NCBI RefSeq assembly: GCF_018350175.1
Contig: NC_058372.1
Span: 4,030,001-4,094,000 of the forward strand
Direction of reading: 5' to 3'
Length of the DNA: 64,000 nucleotides
Source of the DNA: Felis catus
Taxonomy: Eukaryota
Below, one piece after another: positions 12,041 through 25,299 of this stretch. The notes under the pieces are model-generated. The model was not told where the DNA came from. It was given only the letters and a program-made list of their open reading frames with translations, and ran no database searches. Made by a program: the position numbers and the translations under genes. Each line of letters opens with the position of its first letter. Position 1 is the first letter of the stretch.

Positions 12041-13771
12041 AATTGGTCAATTGACAAGTAGACCAGACTCCTTAAATCGTCTTCATGCTTCGCAGCCAGC
12101 AAGGTCCCTCCTGTCTTCCCCAATCTTCCCATCAGAATCCGCGTTCCTTCTCTGTAGGGTCCTGACACCCCATGCCCCCCATTTCCAGGGGTGTTCATTC
12201 TGTTCTTCAGCAGGATGGGGTGTGTCCCCGTCCCCTTTGAGCCCTGTCTCCACCAGGACCGTTTGTCAGAACGAGGCTTTCGACAGAGCGGACACGTAGT
12301 ATCCACCGCGGTTGACTCAAATGCCTTGTGGCTTTATGATTATAGCTGTTGGCACAGAGACCACTGGGCTTTCTGTGAAAATTAACCGCCTGTGATTCCG
12401 CTCCCTTTGGCAGCAGAACATCTCAGAAGCTGCGCCCAGACCTGTGTTCTGTTCCCTTGTGTCCAGTTCATTCTCGAGCCCAGTCGAGATGAGAAAGCCC
12501 TTGGTGAAGCCATCAGTGACTTCCATGCTGGCAGATCCAGTGGCCAGTCCCTAGGTTTTGTCTGATAAGCCCGACAGCTTTCCTCACCTGCTTCTTGCCT
12601 GGATTGTTTCACTTGATTGTCACCGGTGAGCTGGACCTGATTTTCCTTGTGCCTCATTGGTTGCTGCTCCTGAATCTTTTTAGCAGGTTCTCATGTTTTC
12701 TCTAACCTCCCTTGTTGGTACGCCCAGGCTGGCGTCCTTGAATTTCTTCTGTGTTCAGGCTCACTCCCGAGATGAGCCCGGTCTCCTTTCTTACATGCCC
12801 TTCCTCTGACCTCTTCCCTCAGCTCAGAACTTGACCTCTTCAGCTGCCCTCATCTCTCCTTGAGTATCCAGGAGGTGCCTCGGTCTTAACATGACCACAA
12901 GAACGACTCCGGGACCCTCTCCATCTCCCCCTACCCTGGCGGGGGGGGGGGGGGGCATTACCATTTTCCCACCTAATCTTGCCCCAAACCTCAGAGTCTT
13001 TCTTAATTAGTCTGCTCTTCCCCTCGGTAGTGAGCCTTCACTCCACCAGCATGTTCCGTCGGCTCTACCTTCAGACGTTTCCAAATACCATCACTAGTCG
13101 TTTCCTCCATTTCTCACGCAATTGCCTGTCTTCCGAGTAAGTAGAACAGACTCTTACCTGGCCCACAGCTTCTCCTCTCTTTTAGTGCATCTCCACGCAG
13201 CAGGCATAATGTTGAAACTGTAAATATCATAACACTACTTACTGGTTTAAAGTTTTCCAGAGTTTTCTCCGTGAAATTAAGACAAAATGGGCCAAATTCA
13301 GTCTCTTGCAGGTGTCACTTATCAGGTCACTTGCTGACCTCTGCTCCATCCACTCTCCCTTTGCCTTCCCCGTGGAGCTCTTTCCTGCCTCAGGGCCTTT
13401 GCACTTATAGTTCCTCCTTCCAAAATGCCGAAATCCCCAAGTTGATTTCACATGTTTTATGATGTTATTGAAAACATAAAACACTTGAAAATATTTCTTC
13501 TAAGAAACCTCTAATGTGATGTTTGGATAGTAATCCCAAAAGATTATTAAAAGAAAAAAAAGTTTGAAGAAAACAACTCCAAACACAAATCTAAAGAAGT
13601 AGGTTCAAAAACCAGGAATGTATTTCTGTGATATGGGCAGGATGCATGGAAAAGTTGGCTGAGAACTCTGGAAAGTGAATAGCAGCACGAGGGTCGGAGA
13701 AGACTAGATTTGAGCATAGAATTTTACTTAAATTACTTTTACTTCTAATAAATTACAAAAATTACTACTTA

Positions 13772-13947
13772 GGGGCACCTGGGTGGCTCAGCTGGTTAAG
13801 CGTCCACCTCTTGATTTCAGCTCAGGTCATGATCTCACAGGTCCTGAGTTCAAGCCCCATGTCTGGCTCCGCACTGTCAGTATGGGATTCTCTCTCTCTC
13901 CCTCTCTGCCCCTCCCCCTTCTTTTTCTCAAAATAAATAAATTTTGA

Positions 13948-13999
<52 letters not shown>

Positions 14000-14020
14000 A
14001 GAAAGAAGGAAAAAGAAAGA
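13772..14020 (+). mobile_element. SINEC with (GAAA)n microsatellite tail
   Basis: SINE body 13772-13940, (GAAA)n at about 13946-14020. Confidence 0.9.
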
Positions 14021-16456
14021 TTACTACTTACAAGTAGAGTTTCTAATTTCTGTGTCCTAGCTTTCCTCTCTACTGTTAATGGCTATAAAAACAAAATCCT
14101 CCTCTTTGTGCTTTCCTTGGAAATACACATTTCTGGCCATTGATGGATTAAAAAAGTAAGCCTGTGCCTCATCTTTTTTTTCCCCCTTCTTTTCCTGTCT
14201 TGGCTGTAGATGTGAGCTCTGGAGGTGTAGCCCTATGGGAAGACCACAAGCTGGATTAGAATGAGGTATGAAATGACCCCCAAATCTCAGCTGCTTTTAA
14301 CAACAAAGGCTGATGTGATGTTTGCAGTTCATGTCCATTGTGTGTTGGCTGTAGCTGTGCATCATGTTACCATAACTCTAGGACCCATCTGATGAATGAG
14401 GCGTTGTCTGGAACATGAATGGTCTCATGGCAGAACCAAAAGAGAAATCGTGGTGACCGGGGTGCTGGATTAAAAGTTTTGCCTAGATGTCAATTCCACT
14501 CAAATTTCTTGGGGAAAAACAAGTCCTATGGCCAAAATTGACAGAACGGAGATAGAGAAGTATAACTCGTCCCNNNNNNNNNNNNNNNNNNNNNNNNNNN
14601 NNNNNNNNNNNNNNNNNNNNNNNNNNNNNNNNNNNNNNNNNNNNNNNNNNNNNNNNNNNNNNNNNNNNNNNNNNNNNNNNNNNNNNNNNNNNNNNNNNNN
14701 NNNNNNNNNNNNNNNNNNNNNNNNNNNNNNNNNNNNNNNNNNNNNNNNNNNNNNNNNNNNNNNNNNNNNNNNNNNNNNNNNNNNNNNNNNNNNNNNNNNN
14801 NNNNNNNNNNNNNNNNNNNNNNNNNNNNNNNNNNNNNNNNNNNNTGAACATGGGCTCCATATGGGACTCGATCTCAGGACTGCAGGATCATGACCTGAGC
14901 TGAATTGAAGAGTCAGACATGCAACCACCTGAGCCACCCAGGCGTCCCTCCAGGGAATGTTTTTGAACACTAATACAGTTTAACACAGTCTAGGCTTCTG
15001 TTAAACTGTCTTCCATTAATGCTCCTTTCTGCACACAAAACATAGCCAGCTTGATAGCCAGCTCTCAAGTCCCAGTGAACCAGAGCACCAGGCCTGACGG
15101 TCAGTGTTTTCATGGCATTATCTCATCAGTTGGAACGTGACCTCTCTTGTTCCAGAAACCCATGTATTAACAAGATGTCTTCCCTACACACACCCAGTGT
15201 GTGAGGCTAGAACACAGACAAGGCAACTGCTAATAGGGGAACACACAGTAGGTGCTACTGAAATCAGAAATCACACAGGAGACGGACAGGAGTCTCCAAA
15301 GGGGGTCCTGTACCCCATGGTGAGTACGGCAGTGCCCTCAGAACTTTCTTCAAGGCTCATGGCTCCACCCTCTGGGGGCATCTTCCCTCTCTGCCATCCG
15401 CTTTGGCCACATTTGAAGAGTCCTTGCAAACCAAGCAGATTTCTTGGCCGACCTCTGACAGTACAAAAAGTGGGAGGACCCCAAGTGACCTTTGAACCTT
15501 TGATGAGTCACAGCCTCCTGTAGCCTCTTTTATTCAGATTGGTAGCTCTCCGGTATTACACAACTCAGGATGTTCATCACCTTCTTATCTGTTTGCTTAC
15601 TTGTATCAGTAGCCACACCTACCTCTCGAGAGTTCATTCTCAGTCTCTCTCTTTCTCCTCCTTCCCTACCCTTCCCACCTCTGGATTTTGGATACATTGA
15701 GCCTATCAGGCTTCAGTAGGAAAGCCATCACTTTAATTTCATTTTCTTGAGCCATTTCGTTAACTAAAGTGTCTCACGGGACATTATCTCAGACCATTGA
15801 GAGACGGTTGTAACAGTGAGGTGGTCGCACCTTGATCTGGTATTTGCCCACGACTGAGCCTAAAAAGAGCTTTCTTGTTGAAATCATTTCTCGATTTTCC
15901 CTTTAACTGTTGGTGTTGGGAAGAAGTCGCTTCTTTCCACTCAGGAAGCCTAGAATTTTTAGTTTCTCTCAATTTCTTTCATTCCTGTTTGTAAACCAGC
16001 CAATTACTTTTGATTCTGTCTCCCCCCCCCCCCCACTTTTGGTAGTACTTTGTCAAATGTAGTCAGTAGCGCATCACACGATGTATGTTTATTTTGCCAA
16101 AAACTTCACCAAAACTAGTAAGGTCAATAGGGGAATTAGCTGTAAGTTATTGTAGGGAAAGCATTGTGCAAATTAGGGACACCTGTCCTTTCAAACCGTA
16201 ATAACAGTCTCTTTTTGTCCCCGTCCCATCCCTGGAGCCAATGGCAAAAATTGTGCCATCTTGGCTTTGTTTTGCTTTCACTATGTGGTAACACCCTCTG
16301 CTCTGCGCTAATTTCTGCATTGATCGGGAGTGTGGTTAAGCCGTGGTGGGCCAAGTGAAACCTCCATCTGGGGTGTTTTATTTCCTTTTCACGTTGCACA
16401 TGTAGCACGTGTAGACTGCCAGCATCCCCTGGCCCCATTATCTTCATGCCAGGCTG

Positions 16457-18387
16457 ATGGGCAGCCCCCCCGTGGGAAATACTGCCAGTCTCATGGCAGA
16501 GGAAGGAGAGAGTATGTGGGAAAACTTGACAGCTAGAAATTACATGTTATTTCTGCCTCGACTGCATTGATCAAGGCAAGTCCCGTGAACCGGATGGACA
16601 GCGTGTGGCAGAGAGGTACAACCCTTCCTCCAAGAAAGGCAGCAGATACCTGTGCGCACATAAGTAGTACGGAAAAATCGAAAAAGCCCGTTTCCTTCTG
16701 GCTTCATGGAACTAGTCTACGAGTTTGGGGCCACCTAGAAGCTGGAAAAAACAAAATTCTATTTGTTTATGCCGTTCCTTACAGTTCAAGAATTGAGCAG
16801 TGTCTAATCTGGTACTAAATTCACCTTTACGGAGTTTTATTTGCCCCCTCTGCCTTTTGCCCACATCTGTTTTCTTAATTTGGGTACTTTCTTTTTCATT
16901 AAAAAAGCTTTTTAATGTTTATTTCTTTTTGACCACGAGCAGACTTCCTGTTTGCTTCTGCTAAATAGCAAGGCCACTTGTATGTACATTTTATGACCTT
17001 GGTCTTCTTGTACTATGTAAATAGCATATATGTGAATCGAAAACTAAAGGATGTAGAGCCTGTGGTTATTAATTTTATTGGGAAGTATTTTGGGGTTTTT
17101 TGTTTGTTTTGTTGTGACCATCTAGAATATGGGCCAAGAGAGAAAAGCTTTTTGTCTGAGCAGATGAACAGATTTATTTTTTCGAGTTTGGCCCCCAGAG
17201 CAGCTGTGGCCTACTGTGCAGGTCCTGGCTCTGTGTGACAGCAATTAGGAGAAGACACTCTTTAGTGGGACCTGAAGTTTTATGTCGGTAAACAATAATT
17301 GAGAGTTACGGGCATACTCAATTGAGCTGATGAATATAATCAGAAAGAAACTACATTGCAGCCCTCTCTTTTTTTTTTTTTTTAATTTTTTTTTAAATTT
17401 TATTTATTTTTGAGACAGAGAGAGACAGAGCATGAACAGGGGAGGGTCAGAGAGAGAGGGAGACACAGAATCGGAAACAGGCTCCAGGCTCTGAGCCGTC
17501 AGCCCAGAGCCCGACGCGGGGCTCGAACTCACGGACTGCGAGATCGTGACCTGGCTGAAGTCGGTCGCTTAACCGACTGAGCCACCCAGGCGCCCCTGTT
17601 GCAGCCCTCTTATTGCTGGCGTCCTTCCTTTTCCATCTGGCTGCTCACCTGGCCGACCGAGTAATGGTGGGGATTTGGATGGATGGAGGAAAGGAGCTTA
17701 GTTTCCAGCAGGACGGGTGTTAGAGCTTGCTTCTATTTCTTCTTTCTAGAATGGCCTGGGAAGTGAACCTACTTGAGTTAATGTTCGGTTCTGAGCAACT
17801 TGAGGGAAAGGGCAGGAAGGTAACAACGGCCCGGGGGCACCTCCTCGGGTCCTTCCAGGCAAGGCTTGGAGAGAGAGAGCCTGGAGGTGATGTCAGGAAT
17901 GTCCTGGGGCTTCTCCACACTTTTTCAGAGGGGCCAGCTGTGCCCTGTGTTTTAGCAAAAATATCCCCGTTGGCCTGCTCCCGGGAAATGGACTTGGCCT
18001 TTACTGAATATTAGGCCTTTGTTAGCTGGCACTGAAGTGTCCTCAGATGGCCCTAGAGGGATGTTGTTGGAAGAAAAGCATTTGCTTGCTGGGTGTGGGT
18101 GCCCACCACAGGCTCCAGGGCCACCTCTGCAGCCCCTCGACACCTGAACTTGGCTCCCTCCAGGGCACAGCTGTCTGCAACTCCCAGCCCACCCTGCTAC
18201 TAAGGTCTGGGTCTCTGTCCTTGGTGCCTGTTCGGCGGGGGGGGGGGGGGAGCAGCAGCTGCCCCTAACCTCTGCTCTTCCTGTCACTTAGAGTTTTTTT
18301 ACTTCCGTCCAGCCACCTCCTCCTGTCTGCAGTCCTTTGAGTTTATGATTCTTCCTACTAAGCTTTCCTCACTCAGTTCGCTGTGCG
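16457..18387 (+). CDS. Tentative 5' exons of an uncharacterised spliced gene (16457-16511, 17164-17287, 17750-17819, 18026-18092, 18292-18387)
   Basis: AG/GT-bounded, phase-compatible and stop-free when joined. Several splice sites are only moderate and alternative acceptors exist. Confidence 0.3.
17368..17596 (-). mobile_element. SINEC_Fc
   Basis: Near-consensus; TSD ttgcagccctct. Confidence 0.95.
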
Positions 18388-19479
18388 GTTTGTCTCTCCT
18401 GATTGATGACTGATAGAACCATAGACTTGGCTTTGTGCCTATTACTGAATATGGAGCCATTTGGATCATAGTTTGGCCTGACATGCTCATTATTTAATGT
18501 TCTCCCAGAGGTGACATCTAACCTTTAATGTAGGAAATACATTGATCAATACTGATCACTTTTGAGCTTGTTCCTTATTAGGTTTGACCATACTCGTACA
18601 TTTTCTACTTAAATAAAAATGAAACATATTTTTTTGTGTAATTTATCTGTGATTCAACTTTCTCTCCATATTTTCCAGAACTTTTCTGCCTTTTTGAGGA
18701 GGGGGAAAAAAAAAACCACTCATAGCTAGTACACACACACACACACTCCTGGAAATAGTACGATATTTCATCATCAAACATGATATTGAACTTTAGGTTG
18801 AGATATATTTGGCTTATGTTAAGAATACTGTTAGTCTCGTTTTACTAAGCACTGTTTTCTTCAGGTAAAATAAGTAATAAGTAGGTACATATGCCCTTTG
18901 AGCAAATTTTGAATTTAACACTGTTTTGGGTCTTGGGATTTTTTTTTTTTTTTAGCACAAATGTTATTTAATATGAAAGCAAAATCTATGTTAAAATGTA
19001 TGTTTTTTTAAATTTATGTTTTTAAAATTTAATAGTAACTAGTTAATAAAGTAACATGAAAAGTGAATGAGAGGGTTGGGAAGGGAATATTTGATCATGG
19101 CGCTATTGGACTACAGTTTTTGCGGCCTACTCCTATTTGAAATTTCCATGTAAATTATGTACATTATACATATATATCCAGTTTGTTTTCTGGAAAAAAC
19201 AGACTAATTACCATCAAGTCAATATTAAAGTGCTTTGTATTGAAAACTACAGCTCCCCTTCCTTGAGCAGTGGGCTTTAGGACATTGGATTGGAAGGCAG
19301 TGGAATAAATAATGTATTTGTGTGTGACTTAAGATGTAAAATGACTTGTGAAGAGAGGAAGGCTATTCTGAGGAACTGTAGCACTGATGTGAAAAAGATG
19401 AACACATGTTTTCAGAAATAATCTGTTAAAGTAAAACCACCCCCAAATGTATGAATATCTTTCTACCAAATGTTAGTTC

Positions 19480-20290
19480 TTTTTTGTTTAAGTTTTCATT
19501 TAAATTCTAGTTAATGTACCTGGAAGATTGGTTTCGGGTGTCCAATTTAGTGATTCAACACTTACATACATACAACACCCAGTCCCCACAAGTGCTGTCC
19601 TTAATCCCCATCACCTGTCTCCCTTGTGCCCCTCCCACCGCCCCTCTGGTGCCCATCAGTTTGTTCTCTGTAGTGTAGTTCTTGGTTCTCCTTTCTCTTT
19701 GTGTCCCTATGCTCGTTTGTTTTGTTGCTGAAATTCCACATATGAGTGAGATCATACGGTGTTTATGAGTGAGATCATACAGTATTTGTCTTTCTCTGAT
19801 TTATTTCTCTCTAGCCCTATCCACATTGTTCCAAATGGCAAGATTTCATTCTTTTTTATGGTTGAGTAGTATTCCATTGTGTATATATGCCACATCTTCC
19901 TTAAGTTTGTTTATTTTGAGAGAGAGAGAAAGCATGAGTTGGGGAGGGGGGAAAGAGAGGGAGAAAGAGAGCATCCCAAACAGGCTCCCCACTGTCAGTG
20001 CAGAACCTGACTCGGGGCTCAAACTCACACACCGTGAGATCATGACCTGAGCCGAAGTCAGGCACTACATTGATTGAGCCACCCGGGCACCCCTATGTTA
20101 CGTCTTCTTTATCCATTCATCAGTTGATGGACACTTGGGCCATTTCCATAATTTGGCTGTTGTAGGTAATGGTGCCGTAAACATCAGGGTACATGTATCC
20201 CTTCGAATTAGTATTTTGTATTTTTTGGGTAAATACCTAGTGGTGCCATTGCTGGATCATAGGGTAGTTCTACTTTTAACTCTTGTACTC
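19480..20290 (-). mobile_element. L1 3' fragment with nested SINEC (about 19900-20093)
   Basis: Reverse L1 3'UTR motifs (ttccacatatgagtgagatcatac; tttatccattcatcagttgatggacacttg). Confidence 0.85.
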
Positions 20291-20422
20291 TCAGTGGGAA
20301 TGCAGACTGGTGCAAAAACGGTATGGAGTTTCCCCAAATGTTAGTTCTAAGAGAAGAATTGGGAAGTCTTTGCACCTGCCCATCTTACATATCAGTCCTG
20401 CCTCTACTACTCTGCTCCCTAG

Positions 20423-21938
20423 TCACTCCCCTCTCAAGTGAGATTATGTCAGAGAAACTACTGTCATGTGAGTTTATTTTAAGTAAGGCCAGTTTCAAAT
20501 TTTTAATAAAATGGATTCTTTTTGAAAGCACAAAAGATGAAATCTCATTAAGGAAAAGTATCAGTTATGTGGCGTATATTATATGAATGTGATTTTACAT
20601 CCACGTGAGCCGTAAGACCAAGCGTGACCACACTACACAGTACCTCTGATTTCATTACACCTCTTAACCACTTGTGGGGTCTTGCTTTGTCTATGCTTTG
20701 GCTTCTCTTCAAATCACTAATCTTTTATGTTTATTTTCTCGATGGGAAGAGAGTACATTTTACCTACACAAATCTAAGGCCATTTAAATACAAGCTTGTC
20801 GATGTGAAAATTGATGACCAATGTATCGAAATTACAAGACAAAGTTGTTACATTCTAATATTTACCCGGAGCAAATCAGTCATATAACTCGTTTGACCGC
20901 TGTCTCAAGAGCCACGGGCCAGAATGAAATTCATTTTTATGGAGAAGAATGATGAATAAAACGGGAATAAGGACTAGGTCTAGGTTCTCAATAGTATTGG
21001 TGATGAATTGAAAGGAAATCTTTTGGTTTGGTGTTATAAGTCCCCTATTATACATTTCCCCAGGTTATATACTGGTTCTTGGAAGGACACTCCTGACTAG
21101 AAGATACTTGGAGAAATTACACAGCTTGGAGGTGAGGGGACATTGCCATGTCCTTGGGGTCCTCCGCCATCGGGCACTTGAGCTGAAACTCATGCCTGAA
21201 AACCTCGGGCTGAAAGTTTACGTGCCTCCTTCCATTGCCGCTAATCCCATCACCATGTAAGCCCAGCTCCTTACATCGTTGAAAGAAATGCCCTAAAATA
21301 AGGTCTCCCTGCCCAGCCATGACTAGCTACATCTTTATTTTTCTTTCTCAAGCACTACATTGTTGTCATGGTGGCAGAACACTTGGACTTTGCTCCGTTA
21401 CCCTAGGATAGCTCCACGGATGCCCTGACCGAAAAGATGACAGTGCTGCCCAAGACCCTGCTGGGTCAGCTGCTCTGCCCGCCCATAGGAGATGGTAAGT
21501 GGCTCACCTCCTACGCGCATCCTCTGTAGCCATGGGCATCAGGACTCCCTCTTTGGTGATGTTCTCAGTGAACTGCTTGGGGAGGCCCTTGTCCTTCACA
21601 TCAAAGATTGTTTTTAGAGGACTGTGAATTTATCAATGAAAATGGTGATAAATGAAAATACCTCCTTTTATGGGCAGTCTCTTGCTGGGAGTCAGTCAGC
21701 TGCTATGTTCTGACGCTTTGTGACTGAAACAGGCGTCATTGTCTATTACGACCTGATTGCCAAAGGAGTGCCACCATCTTGGAAGCTGGCCACCATACCA
21801 GGTAAGCAATGAAGTCATGGGAAAGGACGATACTGTCTTAGAGTTGGCCATGGTTAAATGCTGTGCCTGGTGGTTTTGTCTAATAGTCCACAACAAGACG
21901 TATGGTGGTGACAAGGACTGTCTCTTGCAGGCTTTTGA
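20423..21938 (+). CDS. 3' exons of an uncharacterised spliced gene (20423-20467, 21064-21131, 21407-21494, 21733-21801, 21931-21938 ending TGA)
   Basis: Strong donors (GTGAGT, GTGAGG, GTAAGT, GTAAGC) and mostly pyrimidine-rich acceptors. Junction phases 1-0-1-1 give ..TPLSSEIMSEKLLSCYILVLGRTLLTRRYLEKLHSLEDSSTDALTEKMTVLPKTLLGQLLCPPIGDGVIVYYDLIAKGVPPSWKLATIPGF*. AATAAA at 22695-22700. Confidence 0.55.
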
Positions 21939-23121
21939 CACTAATGACGATAAAACTATCAGTTCACTATTGAACATATGATGCTGGGCTTTTTTTGTTG
22001 TTGTTACTGTTCACTCAACGATTTTTGGAATGTATCCCATTGTCCTCAGTTTACTAAGGATTTTTAACTTTACAGTACCTACAGCGAGCATCTTCAAATG
22101 TGTTTTTTAGTAACCATTGTTACGAATATGGTACTGTAGCAGGGTTGACTGACTAATTTGGCGAATCACCTTTATGGATGTACCAGTATGGAATCATCCT
22201 CATGTTCTGGGAAGGAACCCTAGGAGGCAGTCCTATGATACGCCGCTTAAAGATCATCAGAAACCAAAGTGTTTTGAAAACAACTAAGTTTCCAAACTAA
22301 GGGCTGTGATTAATTATGTCTTCCTTGTTGATAGTGGCTCTGAATCACACAGTTCCTTGGTAAGACACGATGCATCTTTTTGCTGAATTTATTATTTACA
22401 ATTTGGGACACACAAGCTGTGGCAAACCATTACAAGTGATGTCATAAACATCTGAGTTCTCCAAGTTGATTATGATTAATTCCACTTATTATTAGGGTTG
22501 CAAAATAAGCTTGTGAGCCCTCACCTCTGTCTTAAAGTCAAACACGCGATTTTTATTTCCAGGCAAGTCTTTTAGCACTTCCGAAGCCATCTTGTGCAAT
22601 GCACTGTTTCTAGAAAGCCTCTGAGGACTCGTTAACTGGAAGGAGTGTGGGAGAAAGTTTTTCAAGTAAAGGAAGGTCTCTAAGGAGAAAAACTAATAAA
22701 TTCCCCCTTGGGGCCCATGCGTTTTGGTCTTTAAGAGGTTTCAGCTGCACGATCAGAGTATTGTGAGCACCAAGTCAGTCCTCTCTGAAAAGAGGCCATT
22801 TCATCTGTTTTGGCTACTTAGATGATTGATACTCCATCAGTCTGAGATACAAGGACCTGGAGCCTGGGAGAAAGCCTTCAACTTAGGGAAGACTATAATG
22901 GGAATAACGAGTAGGTTTTGTTTCCTCTCTGTTTTCTCTAGTACAGGGAAAAGAAGTTCTTCCCATAATCCCTCTTCCCCTCAGGAAACATGTTAGGATT
23001 TGAAGACAAAGAACAAGTGAGTGTTAAAAGGTTTTTGTTTTTTGTTTTTTGTTTTTTTTTTTTTGCTTCTCCCTGTCCTCTGTGCATGTATACTCAGGGG
23101 CCTCTCTCAGATGTATGGTTT

Positions 23122-23506
23122 TGTCAACATGAAAAGTAAAAACAGCCAGTAATTTTACCAGAAAAATGGGTTTATTTGGGAATAGCAGAGGATTTGCAAT
23201 TTGGGACACACCAGCTGTGGCAAACCATAGGCAAGTCCAGAGATCAAAGGAGAGGAGTATTACTGTGTAGAGAAAAGGAGGAAGTCCGGAGGGGCTGCTT
23301 TAAAGGAAAGCCCAATGGAGGAAAGTGAGGGTTCAGGGTGGTGACAGTTTCTCATTGGCTGAGTTGTGGCATTTTCTTATTGGCTGAGCTTGTTGCTGGG
23401 CAAGAAGAAAGTCTGCCTTCCTCCCGCCGGAATAGTAAAGTAGGTTTCTTCCGCTCCTTTCTGGTCTTGACTCCATTTTTAAATGAGGTTTCCTTTACTC
23501 AGTTTC
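23122..23506 (-). mobile_element. Probable solo LTR
   Basis: TG start; reverse poly(A) signal tttatt and two attgg (CCAAT) boxes in LTR-like order. Confidence 0.5.
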
Positions 23507-25299
23507 CTAGTTTAGAGACAGAGATGTGCTGGTAAATGTTTAATGACTGACTCTGAGAGAAAAATAAGCACACGTATATGTACGTACGTATATATGTACA
23601 AATGGTGTATAAAACGTGATACTGCTTGAAGGTTGATGTAAAAATTTCTGTTAAATATTTCTTTATAGAGTTGTAGAAATAAATTTTAAGTTAAAATGCT
23701 TCTTGGAAATTCAGGTTAGACCTAAAACTTCAAATGAATGGCTATTTCTTGCAAAATAGCAATTTTATAATTTTTATAAAATTATAGCCATTGTTATAAT
23801 TTTATTGCCAACAGCAGTGTCACAAAATCAAACTGGAAATAACTGCTTAACTGCTTGGTTGCCATCCATTTCCATGACAAGAAGTCACACACACCACTGA
23901 CCAGTGAGTTTAGAGCTGGCATAAATGTTGGTTATTTTCTTTTATTTCTTTTTTTAAAATTTCACCGAATCAGACAAATGGGTGTCGGAATATTGCTCAG
24001 ATGGCAATGACGTGAGCAAATACCTTGTGCAATCAGATACTGGAAGAATATTTGTTAAATACTTTGGGTTATTTACCCGTGTCTACGGATACATGGCTGA
24101 TGCGGTGGCTACAGATGTATCCCACTTTTACATTTAATCCACATTTTCTACACGATGTTCTAGATGATCAACAAAACCTTAAATTTGAAGAGTCAACAAA
24201 ACAATAAGTAAAGTCCTGATTTACAGCACTAGTTGATTTCCATGGTGTAAAAATCCCACCAGGCTGATTTCTAGCTACCGGCCCATCTCTGAAATCAGAG
24301 TTGGGAAGTTGTGCGCAGCATCATGCCGTTAAATGGCCCTCTGTCATTCACATGTGGTTGGTGAAAATAGCCTCAGGAGCACAGATGATAGTCAATGTTG
24401 GCAAATAATTGGGAAGTGGTGAGGATCTCCAACTGTTGTAAATTTAATTTACTTAATTGCAACTTTATGTAATTTAATTTTTCAATAATGGTGATGCTGG
24501 ACAACAAGCTTGGAGAATCCCCAAAAATGTAACCATTGGGCCTCACGGGTAGCACAACACTGGCTCTGCGGTGACAAGTTGTAGGGATTAGGCCGCAAAG
24601 GTGACCCCTCCGTGCCTTGGGTGGGGCTCCTCTGTCTCCCTCACTGGACCTTGGCCTTTTCTCTGCATGGCATTTAGTGACTCCCTCATCCAGGCCCGGC
24701 TCTCATAGTCTTGTCCTTGGAGAAGTCAACCCAGTAGCTCTCATAGACTTCTGTACATATGTCTGCTGCAGCAAAAGCTTTTTTAAGACCTAACGATTAC
24801 GTGAAATTATCTGCTTCGTTTATCTGTTCACTCCCCTATCCATAAGCTCCTTAAAAGGTGGTCTGGTTTGCCACTGATTTCCCAGGGCCAGGCGCAGTGT
24901 CTGTCACATGGGCATGCTCAGTAACCCTTGTTTGATGAGTGGGTGGATGACATTTTAAGTCCTTAACTATACTGATGTTCCGAGGCTACACCGTGTACTT
25001 CCTGGTGTATGTTTCCTTAATAATGCACTTGGTTCATTTTTATATGATTCTGTTTTGGGACTTCTGCATGTACTCTAGTATTTCAGCATGCTTTTGAGTT
25101 TTCCTGTGCTACGTTTGTCTTGTTTTCATCAGAGTAATGTTAGCTCATAGCATGCCATAGAAGTTACTGTATTTTTTTATGGTTTATAAAATCTGGGTTT
25201 GTTCGTTGGTTTAAGTTTCTGGTGGAAATAGAAGGCATCTGACTAAGAATGTATCATCAAAGAATTATATTCAGAAGTCATTAGAAATAATGTATTCTT

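Noticed and set aside
14483-14970. ORFs spanning N-gaps
   Set aside because: Artefacts of unknown bases; the same applies at 25.7, 54.4 and 55.3 kb.
17956-18094. Alternative exon reading QKYPRWPAPGKWTWPLLNIRP...
   Set aside because: Open and protein-like, but its available donors give a frameshift or a TAG when joined to 18292. Kept only as an alternative that would skip directly to later exons.
22783-22797. CTCTTTTCAGAG stem-loop core on the minus strand
   Set aside because: The outer base pairs do not close and there is no histone-like sequence upstream; likely chance.
23515-24360. Possible hAT (MER63-like) transposon remnant
   Set aside because: Only a terminal-like motif (gtgctggtaaatgtttaa) is recognisable; boundaries and family cannot be supported.
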